A stretch of 35,312 nt of DNA from Methanosarcinales archaeon ex4572_44 (GTDB taxonomy: Archaea; Halobacteriota; Methanosarcinia; Methanosarcinales; EX4572-44). A program made the translations under genes and the position numbers. Under the pieces are notes generated by a model, which worked only from the letters and a program-made list of their open reading frames with translations, was not told where the DNA came from and did not search any database. This document shows, one piece after another, positions 34,771 to 35,312 of this stretch (the first letter of the stretch is position 1; every line of letters begins with the position of its first letter). Location of the stretch: the NCBI GenBank assembly GCA_002254825.2, contig NJEL02000002.1, forward strand, positions 1 to 35,312, in the 5' to 3' direction.

Positions 34771-34778
34771 TATATAAA
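34771..34778 (-). promoter_or_regulatory. archaeal TATA box (TTTATATA on minus strand) for the small-protein/HerA operon
   Basis: Perfect TTTATATA octamer ~50 nt upstream of ATG 34720, inside a 171-bp AT-rich intergenic region. Confidence 0.45.
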
Positions 34779-35000
34779 CATAGTTACATGATAAAAATCA
34801 TCACCAGAAAAAGAGTTTTTGACTTTTGATGCATGAGAAAATTTAAAAATTATTTTGATCCAGATAAATATTATTTAAACAAACATTTTCTTTAGCGTTG
34901 TCTCACTATCTCCCAGATTCGTTTTATCTCATCCGAAACGCTAAAATCGTTAAATTCAACAACAGTCTTGCCCTCAACCATCGCCTCTGTGACTACGGGG

Positions 35001-35312
35001 TCAAACGGCACAGAAGCTTTGAATTCGCTCTGTCATCTCAGAATTTATATCATGCTTGTTTATACAAACCATAGCCTCCACGTTGAAGTGATCTGCAAGA
35101 TCCAGCACTCGTTCAAGGTCATGCAGTCCCGACTGGGTGGGTTCTGTTATGATAAGAGCGAGATTGACACCTGTGAGTGATGCGATAACAGGGCATCCGA
35201 TCCCTGGTGAACCGTCGATTATAATGAGATTCTTCCCGCCTCGTTCTGCAATCTCACGCGCATTATTCCTGACAAGTGTTACAAGCTTTCCAGACGCTTC
35301 TTCCGCGATATT
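35001..35312 (-). CDS. MinD/ParA-superfamily P-loop ATPase (CooC/COG1149-like), C-terminal part; 5' end outside the window and 3' end apparently frameshifted
   Basis: The reverse strand reads NIAEEASGKLVTLVRNNAREIAERGGKNLIIIDGSPGIGCPVIASLTGVNLALIITEPTQSGLHDLERVLDLADHFNVEAMVCINKHDINSEMTERIQSFCAV*. The expected family C-terminus (VPFDPVVTEAMVEGKTVVEF...) continues in another frame at 35005-34892. Confidence 0.7.
   Translation of the reverse strand, partial: NIAEEASGKLVTLVRNNAREIAERGGKNLIIIDGSPGIGCPVIASLTGVNLALIITEPTQSGLHDLERVLDLADHFNVEAMVCINKHDINSEMTERIQSFCAV

Overview
This window is an archaeal chromosomal segment, probably from a methanogen or ANME-type member of the Methanomicrobia/Methanosarcinales-like lineage. 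That assignment is inferred from S4e, L32e, L19e and S6e, from Rpp29 embedded in the r-protein operon, and from an Mmp10-type radical SAM gene. No rRNA, tRNA, CRISPR array or transposase was recognised.

Layout:
- 1-146 (-): 5' end of tpiA.
- 492-1482 (+): a PUA-domain gene and rps6e.
- 1483-2015: an unusually long non-coding gap.
- 2016-14942 (+): a tightly packed 25-gene block, rpl3 through rpl15 plus secY. It has many ATGA stop/start overlaps and includes rnp1 and a short zinc-type rps14 that is missing from the ORF track.
- After secY: a 14-bp hairpin, an apparently 5'-truncated GT-C-type membrane glycosyltransferase, and a GH15 glycoside hydrolase.
- 18331-22046 (-): a six-gene stressosome-like operon (RsbR, RsbS, RsbT, a second RsbT-like kinase, RsbX-like PP2C) ending in an RsbU_N-GAF protein with no phosphatase domain.
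- Next: Nudix hydrolase, leuA/cimA-type synthase coupled to a shortened TatD, ileS, a DUF1624-like membrane protein, and a DtxR/MntR repressor whose TATA region is bracketed by a palindrome.
- Then: mmp10 (MCR arginine methylase type), three small coupled genes of unknown function, a small-protein + HerA-like ATPase pair, and the 3' part of a MinD/COG1149-like ATPase with a disrupted end.

Best candidates for novel biology:
- the archaeal stressosome-like module with its unusual output protein;
- the HAS-barrel-like protein/HerA pair;
- the three-gene cassette next to mmp10.

All functional calls rest on motif recognition by eye and recalled family knowledge. No database search was run.
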